Positions 36,501-48,276 of a DNA stretch of 64,000 nucleotides are shown here, in pieces. The stretch is from Squalus acanthias (lineage: Eukaryota), in assembly GCA_030390025.1 (NCBI GenBank), contig CM059432.1, positions 72,108,001 to 72,172,000 of the forward strand. The letters are read 5' to 3'. How positions within the stretch are numbered: position 1 is the first letter of the stretch; the number at the start of each line of letters is the position of its first letter. Under the pieces are notes generated by a model. The model was given only the letters and a program-made list of their open reading frames with translations, was not told where the DNA came from and did not search any database. The position numbers and the translations under genes are program-made.

Positions 36501-38292
36501 CTTTATTAAATAGCTATGTTACGATATTTTGGAAGAAATAATAAATCGAGGCTCCGTCCGTCCTCTAACGTGAACATAAAAAATCCTATAGCATTATTCA
36601 AAGGAGATCGGAGGAAAGTGCCTTTGCAAACATTTATCCCTCAACCAACACCATCAAAAACAAATTATCTGGTTATTTATCTCATTGCTGTTTGTGGGAC
36701 CTTACTGTGCACCAATTGGGTGCTGTGTTTATGGATAGACGGCGTGAACCTGAATCAAAATTCTTAATAATAGATAAATAGATATAATAGCATAGAAATT
36801 AATTGACAATGCGTCCGTTTTACAGGCATAAAATGAGTGCATAAGCATCCAATTTGGCGGGTGGCAGCACACGCACATTCCGTGTCAGAAGTACGTTGCC
36901 TGCCCTATTGGAAAAGGCTGAAGTTTAAGCATCCAAGGTCCATCCCTGACACAGACATTTATCCCTTTGCATTTGCAAATAGGGAACTTAACAGCTGTTT
37001 GAGAAACCTATCCTGAAATTGGGCTGCTCCAAATGCAGCCGGCGGCAGGCTTGCTGCGTTCAGGATATATCGAGTGTGCCTTGGGCCTACCCATTCTGGT
37101 GCAGGGATCGTTCCCTACACCAAATCCAATTTCACCCCCAATATTTGAGCCAATTGGGGTTTTAAATGTGTTGGGCACATTTTAAGTGTCCTACTTTGAA
37201 GGGTGACAGACACCTTCCAAAAACCCAGGCTACATGCAAGAGACTTAAGGGATGATTCTGTGATCCAGCACCCTCAGCAGAGAGCAGTGTTCACAGGTCA
37301 GTACCTGATTGTGGAATCAGCCTTTTAATTATATAGCCTGTCAAATCCTCTATGCTATTGCTCATGGTGAGTCAGAGGTTATACTGGCCCATGGGAAGGT
37401 ACTGTGGTGTGGGAGTACAACCTTGTACTTCCCACTTTTACAGAGAAGATAACAGTTAAGAATCACTCTCTGATAACGACGCAGCGAGGGCAACAGGGCA
37501 TCTGGGACCTTGGTGAACGATGGGAACAACAGACTTTCTCCTTAACCAATGAGATTTAAGGATTGAGAAAGGAGTAGCGGAATGACGGAGAAGGAAATAG
37601 GGAGAATTGGAGTCAAATCAGGTACACAAAGAGAAATAAAGAAAGGGAAAGAAAGATTGGATTAAGAGAGAGACAGAATAAGGGACAGAAAAGAAAAGCA
37701 AGTACAATAGGTAAAAAAATTAAATTTTAAATATCTCTAACAACAATTTACTACCTATAGGAATGAGACTCCACAATTTACATTGTTCCCTCTCTGGGCT
37801 GGAGAGGTTGAGTGGCATTGCAGGAACATAAATCTCCTCATTAAAAATGTACTTAACGCTGTTAGGTAGCAAGTTTAATTGGCAATCAATGTGCAAATGC
37901 AGCAACTTCATGAAACTCATGGGGAGGTTGAGGGTGAGCTGCCATTTTCACGAGGCTAATGGCGGAGCAGCCCAAATCGTCTGGCAACTTGTGGTGATTC
38001 GCAATTCACGGGGTATCTCTTCCTCGCCACGTTGCTGGACAATTTACACATTAATAACGGCAAGCAACATTAAACTCATCATTATTTTGGCAGCAAAATC
38101 TGGGCTAATGCTCTGAGATCAGTTATCTTTAAACACCTGAGCCTGTTTGATTAGCTCCCAGAGAACCTGATCCTGCTGAATGCTGCCTTTTGCAGATGGT
38201 AAATCGGATAACAACTTCACACACAATTTATCACCAAATCAAAGAGAGCTTAAAAATTGGAATAATTAAATCCTAAAAAAATTGGAAACACA

Positions 38293-39118
38293 GGGCTGGA
38301 TTTTATGAATGGAGACGTGTTGGAGGTGGGACTGCTGCTTGCGCGGTTTCAGTCCCGCCTCCATCAGCTTCTGGCCAACCAGCGGGATTTTCCCCTGATT
38401 GACCTTGTTAAGCCCGCCCAGTGGGCTCAGCAGGCCAATTAGGGGGAAGTCAGTGACAGAGCACGTCAACGTCTGATGTGTCATCTATCAAGAATTTTTG
38501 AAAGAAGAAATGTCATCGTTTGACAGCTCTGTGAAGCTGTCAAACACTGACATTCTGTGTAGTTTGATGAGACCTTGTGTTCAGGACTCATCAAACCTTT
38601 CTACTTTGCAGAAATCAGCTGGCTGTTGGATCGGAGGATGCAACAGCCAGTCTGTGATCTCTACAATGAAGATGTCGGGGACTACGGCTCCACAGCGGCT
38701 GAAAGCTGTAGAGAGAAACAAAGGTAAGTTAACATTTTCTAACACTTTACACTCACCTCACATACTTACCACTCCACACTTGCACCCATCACTCACCTCT
38801 ACATCGCACTTTCAGACCCCCGCAGACCTCCTACTCACCTCCTACACCCCGGCGGGGTTCCCCCAGGTCGGGAAGCCTGCACTTCAGAACGAAAAATGGA
38901 GATAATCCTATTTTCTGCCTGTTAACAGGCAGTTAATAGGCTTTAATCCCTTCCCGCCTCTAAGGAGACGGGACCCGGGGCAGGACGGCTTCCCGCCTCC
39001 TGGCAAGAGGGCACAGAGGCGGGTTGGGGGCGGGTTTGCCACCCGCCCCCAAATTCTGCAACTTTCCCGGCAGTCCCGCCTCCATACCCGCCTCCTCGGG
39101 GCTGAGAAAATCTAGCCC
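38293..39118. mobile_element. Harbinger-type MITE
   Basis: TIR gggctggatttt / aaaatctagccc with a perfect ACA TSD (38290-38292, 39119-39121). Confidence 0.88.
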
Positions 39119-39121
39119 ACA

Positions 39122-39479
<358 letters not shown>

Positions 39480-39589
39480 TAAATTTACGGTGTACATCGC
39501 CGATCTCACCACTGCAGGAAAATCTGAGCTATGATTCAAAATCTGATGCAGGGCTATTACCCACTTTCCATTAAAAGCGTTTAACTTTT

Positions 39590-39731
39590 GCAGGAAACAT
39601 TTGCAGGGCTAAGGGGAAAGAGCAGGGGAGTGGGACTAATTGGATAGTGCTTTCAAAGAGCCTGCACATGCACGACAGGCCGAATGGCCATCTTCTGTGC
39701 TATATGATTCTACGAATCTATTCTATGATTC
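39590..39731 (+). mobile_element. CR1 3' end fragment
   Basis: gggctaaggggaaagagcaggggagtgggactaa...ggccgaatggcc with an attcta-type tail. Confidence 0.75.
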
Positions 39732-39750
39732 CATAAATTTTGTTGCTGAA

Positions 39751-40171
39751 GGACAACACGGTGGCATAGTGGTTAGCACTGGTGCCTCACAGCGCCAGTG
39801 ACCCGGGTTCGAATCTGACCTCGGGTGACTGTCTGTGTGGAGTTTGCACATTCTCCCCGTGTCTGCGTGGGTTTCCTCCGGGTGCTCCGGTTTCCTCCCA
39901 CAGTCCAAAAATGTGTGGGTTAGGTTGATTTGGCTATGATAAATTGACCCTTAGTGTTAGGGGGGATTAAATATGTGGGGTTATGGGGATAGGATGGGAT
40001 ATGTTAGGGGGAATTAAATACGTGGGGTTACGGGGGTAGGGTGGGATATGTGTACTGTGGGGATTAAAGCAGGGACAGGGTACTGGATTTGATGATCAGC
40101 CATGATCGTATTGAATGGCGGAGCAGGCTCGACGGGCCGAATGGCCTACTCCTGCTCCTAGATTCTATGTT
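39751..40171 (+). mobile_element. HE1-like V-SINE
   Basis: A box (tggcatagtgg), B box (ggttcgaatc), V domain (gtgtggagtttgcacattctccccgtg...ggtttcctcccacagtcc) and a 3' tail matching the CR1 end at 7165-7230. Confidence 0.88.
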
Positions 40172-40358
40172 TAAAAGCAATTTTATTTTCTTGCAACACA
40201 CAATACAGTATAATCTAACACATATGAAAGCAAGAAAAATTTGTGTTTAAAGAGAGGAACGCATTTCTGGTATGCTGGTATTACATACTAAGATTTTCCA
40301 GTAGCAACACAAATGATAATAACTATGGGTAGGGCTCAAGTTCTGCCCAACCACCAAA

Positions 40359-42503
40359 ATGGACCCCATCGGTCTCGCGGCAGACACGGAGGAATTCATC
40401 AGGAGAATGAGGCTCCGGGAATACTTCCACAAATCCCAAGATGTCAGCAACAAACCCAATGAGACAATCAATGATCCAGAACAGCAGACAGAGGGACTCG
40501 CAGTGCAGCAACCGAAGAAAAAAGAGTCAAACTGGACCCCTCCGGAGGGTCGCTGCCCCAAGCTTGACATGTATGCTCAAGCTGTCAGGAAATGCATCAA
40601 CGCCAGATTCATCAGCCGCACTCACAAGACAGTCCAGAATGTCACCCGAGCACAACGCAACGCCATCCACGCTCTCAAGACCAACCGCAACATTGTCATC
40701 AAACCAGCGGACAAAGGAGGAGCCATCGTCATACAGAACAGAACGGACTATTGTAAAGAAGCATACCGACAACTGGACAACCAGGAACACTACAGACAGC
40801 TACCCGCAGATCCGACCAAAGAACACACCCGCCAACTCAATAGACTGATCAAGACCTTCGATCCAGACCTTCAAAACATCCTACGCGCTCTCATCCCACG
40901 TACTCCCCGCGTGGGAGACTTCTACTGCCTCCCAAAGATACACAAAGCCAACACACCCGGACGTCCTATCGTATCAGGCAATGGAACCCTGTGTGAGAAC
41001 CTCTCTGGATACGTCGAGGGCATTCTGAAACCCATCGTACAGGGAACCCCCAGCTTCTGTCGCGACACTACAGACTTCTTACAGAAACTCAGCACCCACG
41101 GACCAGTTGAACCAGGAACACTCCTTGCCACGATGGACGTATCGGCACTCTACACCAGTATCCCCCACGATGACGGCATCGCTGCAACAGCCTCAGTACT
41201 CAACATCAACAACAGCCAATCTCCAGACGCCATCCTACAACTCATCCGCTTCATCCTTGACCACAATGTCTTCACCTTCGACAACCATTTTTTTACCCAA
41301 ACACACGGAACAGCCATGGGGACCAAATTCGCACCCCAATACGCCAACATCTTCATGCACAAGTTCGAGCAAGACTTCTTCGCTGCACAGGACCTCCAGC
41401 CAACGCTGTACACCAGATACATCGACGACATTTTCTTCCTTTGGACCCATGGCGAAGGATCACTGAAAAGACTACACGATAACATAAACAAGTTCCATCC
41501 CACCATCAAACTCACCATGGACTACTCCTCAGAATCGGTCTCATTCCTGGACACACGAATCTCCATCAAAGACGGACACCTCAGCACTTCACTCTACCGC
41601 AAGCCCACGGACAACCTCACGATGCTCCACTTCTCCAGCTTCCACCCTAACCATGTTAAAGAAGCCATCCCCTATGGACAAGCCCTGCGAATACACAGGA
41701 TCTGCTCAGACGAGGAGGAACGCGATGGACACCTACAGACGCTGAAAAACGCCCTCATAAGAACGGGATATGACGCTCGACTCATCGATCGACAGTTCCG
41801 ACGGGCCACAGCGAAAAATCGCATAGACCTCCTCAGAAGGCAAACACGGGACACAACCAACAGGGTACCCTACGTCGTCCAGTACTTCCCCGGAGCGGAG
41901 AAACTACGCCATGTTCTTCGCAGCCTTCAACATGTCATCGATGACGACAAACACCTCGCTAAGGCCATCCCCACGCCTCCACTACTTGCCTTCAAACAGC
42001 CGCCTAACCTCAGAAGTACCATCGTTCGCAGCAAATTACCCAGCTTTCAGGATAACTGCGACCACGACACCACACAACCCTGCCATGGCAAACTCTGCAA
42101 GACATGCCAGATCATCAACACAGATACCACCATCACACGTGAGGACACTACCCACCAGGTACATGGTACATACTCATGTGACTCGGCCAACGTTGTCTAC
42201 CTCATACGTTGCAGGAAAGAATGCACCGCGGCATGGTACATCGGCGAGACCATGCAGACACTGAGACAACGTATGAACGAGCACCGCGCAACAATCGCCA
42301 GGCAGGATTGTTACCTCCCAGTCGGGGAACACTTCAGCAGTCAAGGACATTCAGCCTCGGATCTGCGGGTAAGCGTTCTCCAAGGCAACCTTAGAAACAC
42401 ACGACAACGCAAAATCATCGAGCAGAAACTGATAGCCAAGTTCCGCACTCATGAAGACGGTCTCAATCGGGATCTTGGGTTTATGTCACGATACATGACG
42501 TGA
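40359..42503 (+). CDS. Penelope reverse transcriptase + GIY-YIG endonuclease (714 aa open; the Met is probably internal)
   Basis: IKPADKGG, LPKIHK, GRPIVS, TMDVSALYTSI, GTAMG, RYIDD, FLD, LYRKPT, CHGKLCKTC, VVYLIRC...WYIGET, RQRMNEH, GLN. In-frame GLKFCPTTK upstream of the Met suggests a 5' truncation. Confidence 0.93.
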   Translation: MDPIGLAADTEEFIRRMRLREYFHKSQDVSNKPNETINDPEQQTEGLAVQQPKKKESNWTPPEGRCPKLDMYAQAVRKCINARFISRTHKTVQNVTRAQRNAIHALKTNRNIVIKPADKGGAIVIQNRTDYCKEAYRQLDNQEHYRQLPADPTKEHTRQLNRLIKTFDPDLQNILRALIPRTPRVGDFYCLPKIHKANTPGRPIVSGNGTLCENLSGYVEGILKPIVQGTPSFCRDTTDFLQKLSTHGPVEPGTLLATMDVSALYTSIPHDDGIAATASVLNINNSQSPDAILQLIRFILDHNVFTFDNHFFTQTHGTAMGTKFAPQYANIFMHKFEQDFFAAQDLQPTLYTRYIDDIFFLWTHGEGSLKRLHDNINKFHPTIKLTMDYSSESVSFLDTRISIKDGHLSTSLYRKPTDNLTMLHFSSFHPNHVKEAIPYGQALRIHRICSDEEERDGHLQTLKNALIRTGYDARLIDRQFRRATAKNRIDLLRRQTRDTTNRVPYVVQYFPGAEKLRHVLRSLQHVIDDDKHLAKAIPTPPLLAFKQPPNLRSTIVRSKLPSFQDNCDHDTTQPCHGKLCKTCQIINTDTTITREDTTHQVHGTYSCDSANVVYLIRCRKECTAAWYIGETMQTLRQRMNEHRATIARQDCYLPVGEHFSSQGHSASDLRVSVLQGNLRNTRQRKIIEQKLIAKFRTHEDGLNRDLGFMSRYMT

Positions 42504-42836
42504 TCCGGACTCGAGTCGTCGTTAGCTTGTTCACAGATGTGATTCCCAGTAAAAAAGTAAAAATTTTCCCAGTAAAAAAGTAAATTTTTTTTAAAGCTTT
42601 TCGTTTTACATACAGACGGCAGCTTTTGACACGTTAGAACCCCTGCGACTACACCTCATTGTCTCAGTTGTATCTTGCTATGTCTTTTGATGTGGTACCT
42701 TCCTGGCTGACTTAATTAACTTTATCACACCTCGGCAGATAGTCAGGATGATTTAATTTATTGGTCTGCAATTGTAAAGTACACATGCTTTGTTTTCCAT
42801 CTATATATGCTCTGGCGATTCTGTATCCAATTTACT

Positions 42837-42878
42837 TCACCTGAGGAAGGAGCAATCGATAGCTCCGAAAGCTTGTGA
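42837..42878 (+). ncRNA. Minimal type I hammerhead ribozyme motif in the PLE pseudo-LTR
   Basis: Stem I tcac/gtga, core CUGAGGA, stem II GGAGC/GCUCC, GAAA, and a palindromic AAGCUU in place of stem III. Confidence 0.78.
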
Positions 42879-43328
42879 TTTCAAATAAAACTGTTGGACT
42901 ATAACCTGGTGTTGTGCGACCTCTCAATTTTGTCCACCCCAGTCCAACACCGGCATCTCCGCATCTAGATCTTCAGTGACACAGCTAACAAATAGTCTGG
43001 GAGGTAGAGCTTTATTTGTGATATTCCATGACCCCATGGCACCCTAAGCAATACTGCAGCTTCTTCAACACTGTAACTCAGCAAATTTACTAAAGCAAAT
43101 ATTAGTTATAGTACCATTTACCGACCACTTTAGAAAATGTTTTAAAAATGCAAATAACTGTTTATTCTTACCTCCCCAAAATCTCTCACTCTCAGTTATT
43201 TACATTATGCAATAGTAGCCTGTGGTCCAGAGTAGATTTGAATGTATTTGTTTAAGAGGTAAATTATTTATTTGGTGATTCCTCCTCCCTCCCTCTATTT
43301 TTTCTATTATTTACATCTAAAACATTAT

Positions 43329-44121
43329 GGCCCAAAAATTAGTGCCGCTACGCGAGAGTACGCACTGCGTACTCTCGCGTATTCTGTCTCCAATTGCCGG
43401 TTTTCTGCATGCACTGCGCACTCTCGCGTATTCTGTCTCCAATTGCCAGTTTTCTGCATGCACTGCGCATGCGCTGAAAACCGGCACTTGGTGAATGGAA
43501 AAGGGGGCGGGTCCTAGGTGAACCGCGTGCGCGCTACAGGCTGCGCGCACGCTGTGCACTTAGTGGTTTCAACGCGCAGGTAAGTACGGAAGATTCTACA
43601 CATAAAAAAAGGAGGAGTAAGACCCACTTTTAACAAGGTAAGTAGTGAATTAAGTATTATTTTGATTTTTTTTTAACAGGTATATCTTTTTTAGAGACTT
43701 TAAAGACAGGTAAGTTTATTTTTATAACTTTTTAAAAGATTTTAAATTTTTTCAAAAATTTAATTTTTTATTTAAAATGGTTAATTTATTTAACTATACT
43801 TATTTTATTAATGTGATGGGTTTTTTTTTTAATTTAATTGAGGTTTAGCGGTTCTTTTGGGGGGCTATAGTATTCATAACTTTCACAGCACTTATGTGAA
43901 AGTTATGAATGGAAGATGGTGTGCTGCCATTGGCTCTAACTGAGTCACGTGATCCCACAGCTCGCACGAATTAACTACGCTGGTGGGATACGCAAGCCCA
44001 GCACAGCAGCTGTCCAGAACATCAAGTTCGTGCGAGCATGAACTGAAAAAGCCAACGCGCAGTGAGAGATCGCGGGGAGGCCTTACCCTTGCACGAAGGC
44101 TTCCTCACGAATTTTTGGGCC
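43329..44121. mobile_element. Hairpin-rich Harbinger-type MITE, copy 2 (inverted relative to copy 1)
   Basis: TIR ggcccaaaaatt / aatttttgggcc with TAT/AAT flanks; internal ~49-bp tandem duplication at 43373-43470. Confidence 0.88.
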
Positions 44122-44284
44122 AATAAGAATTTTGCTTATAGCATGCACTTCCTCTGACAGTTTGCTTCTAGATTTTCTCTAACGCTTTTCCCATCACACT
44201 TTTCTGTCATGTTTCTCTGCACACTTAAACTCACCGGTTGATTTTCTTTATCTTTGCTTGAATCCTCTAACTTCCGCCTCCAAT

Positions 44285-46501
44285 GTAGGTGGCGCATGAT
44301 GCACCCCAAGCACTGGTACATCCCCACCAATCCCTCCTGCTTCATTGGTGCAGTCTGCAGCCGGGCCCTCCAGGCCCAGAGCTGGTCGAGGGCGTCCTTC
44401 AAGGCCATCTGCAGTCTCTGGATCCAACATTCAGCAGCCTTCCACCAGCCTTGCTGCAGCCACTGGGGCCACATTACAGAGGAGCAGTAGGGTGGAAGTG
44501 CGCAGGGGATGGAGATCACCCTCAAAGGCCAAAAAGTAGAAATTATTAATAAATGGGGGGAATGTTTGTGGGAAAGTTTGATGTTCATCTTAATATATTT
44601 GTTTACTGTTTTGACGCTTATCTCGATGTTGTGAGAACGAGTTTTGTTAGTTTATGAATTGTTGGGTTTGTTTCTAATTGTTTGTCCTGAACAAATAAGA
44701 CAGAGTTTGTAATATAAATAAAAAAAATTATTGTTACTATACATCTTTGCTGATTTGACACATTGGAGCTTTGCCCAGCAATAGGGGCTGCGGGATGCTT
44801 GCGATGATGTGCTTCTTCTTCCCAGAAGCCATCTTCCCTGTAATTCGTTAGAAGCGGTGTCTTATCAGGCATTCACGGACTGCCCTTGCAGTGGCATCAT
44901 TGTGCGCCTCACTCCCATGTTGGTGCTGCTGATCCTCCTCTTCATCCTCCACCTCCTCCTCCTCCTCTCCCTCCTCCTGAGGTGGTGCACCAATCCCTGG
45001 TGGCAATGGCTGGGTCCTCATGCTTGCAATGTTATGAAGCATGCAGCACACAACAATGAAAAGCGAGACTCGCTCGGGAGAGTTACTGCAGGGCTCCTCC
45101 AGAGTGGTCAAGACACCGGAACCGTTGCTTCAAGACACCGATCGTCTGCTCATTGAGGTTCCTGGTGGTGCTCTGGCTATCATTGTATTGCAGCTCAGCA
45201 GGAGTGTTGGGGTTACGAAGTGGTGTCATCAGCCAGGTGCAGAGTGGATAACCCTTGTCCCCGAGAGCCATCCACGAGGTTGATTCGGTGGTTGGAAGAG
45301 GTCTGGGACACCAGTCTGGTGCAGGATAAAAGCATCGTGGCTGCTGCCAGGATAGCGAGCATTGACGGCGAGGAAGCGCTGTCTGTGGTCACACACCAAC
45401 TGGACATCAGAGAGTGGAAGCCCTTGCGGTTTCGGAACACCTCTGTATTCTCATGAGGTGCCCGTAATGCCACATGCGTGCAGTCAATGGCGCCCTGAAC
45501 CATGGGGAAGCCCGCTATCCTAGCAAAGCCACATGCACATTCGCGTGGTTTGTCCTGGGTCATGGGGAAAGAGATGTACTGCCTTCTCCTTTTGTACAGA
45601 GCATTTGTCACCTCCCGGATGCAACAATGGACAGCGAACTGGGAGATTTTCGCTATGCCCCAGTTGAAGCCTGGAAGGAGCCACTGGCATAGAAATTCAG
45701 AGCCACCTTCACCTTCACAGCCACCGACAGACACGTCCTGGTCCTGAGCTGAGGCTGCAGGTATGGTTGCAGGAGGTGGCAGAGCTCAGTGACCACCTCC
45801 TTGCTGAAGTGCAGCCTTCGGAAACACTGCTCCTCAGTCAAATGAATGTAGGAGAATTGCTCCCGGAATACCCTGGGAGGGTAAGGTCTCCTGTGCAGAG
45901 GCCTGTTGGCCCTCCTCCCTCTGGCCACATTTGCCACTCTCTCTCTGCGCCTCTGCTGCCTCCGAAGGTGAAGCTGGAGGATGACGCCCCGAATTAGTAC
46001 AACTCCCATAAAATCTTCTAAATGTGCTAAATATGAAGCTCAGATAAATAGGAACCTCAAAAGTGGTGCAGAGGACCCAAACTCCTTGGGACAGCATTAA
46101 ATCTCTCCAGACATCTCTCTCCCTCTCAACCTGTGTATACCAAAAATTTTGCCAACAAGAAAAGGCAGGAAGCGCCCGCCTTTAAATAGCGCTCCCCCAG
46201 CCCCTTCCCGACTTGAAAACGTTCCCCTCTACCTGTCATACCTAGCGGCAGGCGCTAAGGCAGGGGGCGCGACTCAATTTCCGGTCCGGGGTACTACCGG
46301 GGCATTGCATGCTTGCATGATGTCACGATCTGCGGGCGCAGGAGATCGTGGCGGTAGTGTTTAGCGCCACCGCAAAACGACAGGTCAATTTTGCGAGTGG
46401 GGCTAAAATCGTCATGCTCGGGCGCTAAGTTGCGAGCGCCCCATTAGCACCCCACCCCGGGGGCGCTAACGGGAGGTGCTAACCAACCAAATTTTTCCCC
46501 C
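44285..46501 (-). mobile_element. One-ended PIF/Harbinger transposon with transposase
   Basis: Right TIR ccaaatttttccccc at 46487-46501. The left part holds only the Myb-gene tail (cf. 15600-15700) and no left TIR is seen. Confidence 0.8.
44848..46009 (-). pseudogene. Harbinger (HARBI1-like) transposase, full length but frameshifted
   Basis: [77 protein letters not shown] and CCMLHNIA plus an acidic tail, in four frames. Confidence 0.9.
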
Positions 46502-47227
46502 TTAATGTATGACATGCTATATTCAAGATCTTTATATGTAGATCTTTGGGTGAAGTGGGAGTATCAAAAATCATCAACACTCCACTGGATTTTGTGATGA
46601 TTTTATCCATTGTTTTTGTAGAAAATTCAAGGCCTTGAGAAAGGTTGCAGCAGTTTGGGGAAGTAAAGGATGAAGATGAGATCATGGAGAAAAGCAACAG
46701 CTTTAAGAGGAATTGGAGGCACAAGGACAGAATAGATGTGAGGCAATGTGTCAGGTGATCATTTGGCCCATGTTGCCAGAGACTTGGGTGGCTGGCCACC
46801 ATCAGGAGTGGGGGAGGGGGTGTGTGCGAAATAAGACAGTTGCTAAACCCCTCCTGGAAATCCCATGCAGCTTCCCTACCTGGACGCTCCCAGTGGGGCC
46901 CACTTGCACCTTTCTGGAGGTCGGTCAGCTTCATCTCCCTCCAGTCTATTCCAGGTCTCCGACAGGCCAGAGTCAGAGAAACTCCCAGCCTAGCAGTTCC
47001 CAGTCCCAGAACTGCCCTGGGTCCACCCCCTCGGCAGCCCTGGCCTTGCAAGGGGCAGGGAGAGATTACACCCCTTATAAAGCCCAGCGGGAACTCCCAA
47101 AGTAGGTCAGGACCTGACGTTTCAGTGTCCTGGCTAAATTCTAGGCCCTTCCACCTCACTCCCACCAGAGTTGTAGCAGGAGCACACCAGAAGAGCTAAG
47201 CATGGAGGTCCATGGACTTTTAATTAC

Positions 47228-47385
47228 AGGGTAAATTCATTAATTCCATGCTCCCAGCAGGGAGCTGTGCTTGAAACAAGCGTGGGTCAAAGTTAGAGCT
47301 ACAACACTGTTGCAATGATTCTCTGACCTGTGCACCCTTTGAATTGGGCTCCCTACTGGGAGCACAGGATCAGTGAATATACCCT
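47228..47385. mobile_element. Small 158-bp MITE
   Basis: ~38-bp imperfect TIRs (agggtaaattcattaattccatgctcccagcagggagc / gctccctactgggagcacaggatcagtgaatataccct); TAC TSD. Confidence 0.75.
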
Positions 47386-48276
47386 TACAAGCACTGCACT
47401 GTTTTTATATCCAGATAAGCCAAAAGTCCAATTCTGATGAGTTTGTCTGAACTGTATATCAGAGTGAGAGTCGTGATGACTCAATACAGTAATTGTTAAA
47501 ATAACTGCAGAATTGTAACTTTTTGAATACTCTACTTCCTCTGAATTTGCAACAGGAAAATGTCTCTTTCACAATATAGTAAACTGTGATGCTGAACATT
47601 CCAAAGGGAGAGGAAATGAATATGCCAAGCACAGAGAATTTCTTCTGAAATACTAATTTCTAGAAACAATTAAAATAATAACTTTAAAAAAAATTACACA
47701 ATTATTATTTAGATTAGTTCATTAATTGATATCATTGTTACTCATGATGAGCAAATTGTGTAATTTTATGCAGTGGAGCCTTAAAATTTATTTTTGCTTT
47801 CTAGAGAAAATGTTGTCCTGAAAGGGAACTAAACCTCAGTGGGAAGAATTTCACTTAATTAAATAACTGGCAGTGCTTCTCAGTATTTAAAAAAAAATAT
47901 CTATTTTTGGCTAGTGTTGTTTGGTGCCGATCAGAGAGAGGGATGTCAATATTGCGGAATAGAACATTTTGTATTTTCTAAGCATTGCCAGGTCATCATA
48001 GTTCAAACCAATTGCAGAATATAGCTCCTTGTACTTTGCTTCAACAACGAGCAATCCTTAGTTTACCCAGTGTGAATTTTTTATTTCCAGAACTGTTCAT
48101 TCTTATGTCCTCTTTGACTAGGTTGTCAATTTAGTGCCAATCTATTGTCAAATTATGGGCAATATTGTGTTGTGGACTCATGTTTACTAGAAAGTGGGCT
48201 CAGACAATAACAAAAACTTGCATTTATCGTGCCTTTAATGTAGTAAAACATCCCAAGGCACTTTACAGGAGCGTTA

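Larger units (their letters stand above)
40330..42965 (+). mobile_element. Penelope-like retroelement (PLE), 5'-truncated, with 3' pseudo-LTR
   Basis: Long RT+GIY-YIG ORF followed by a ~460-bp 3' region containing a TATA-like motif (42802), a hammerhead motif and AATAAA (42884-42889). Confidence 0.93.

Noticed and set aside
39751..39825. tRNA-like A/B boxes (also at 55549 and in the other SINE heads)
   Set aside because: These are SINE heads followed by V or Deu domains, not tRNA genes.
46479..47165. 228-aa minus-strand ORF
   Set aside because: No recognisable domain; it runs into a transposon terminus and is probably a chance ORF.
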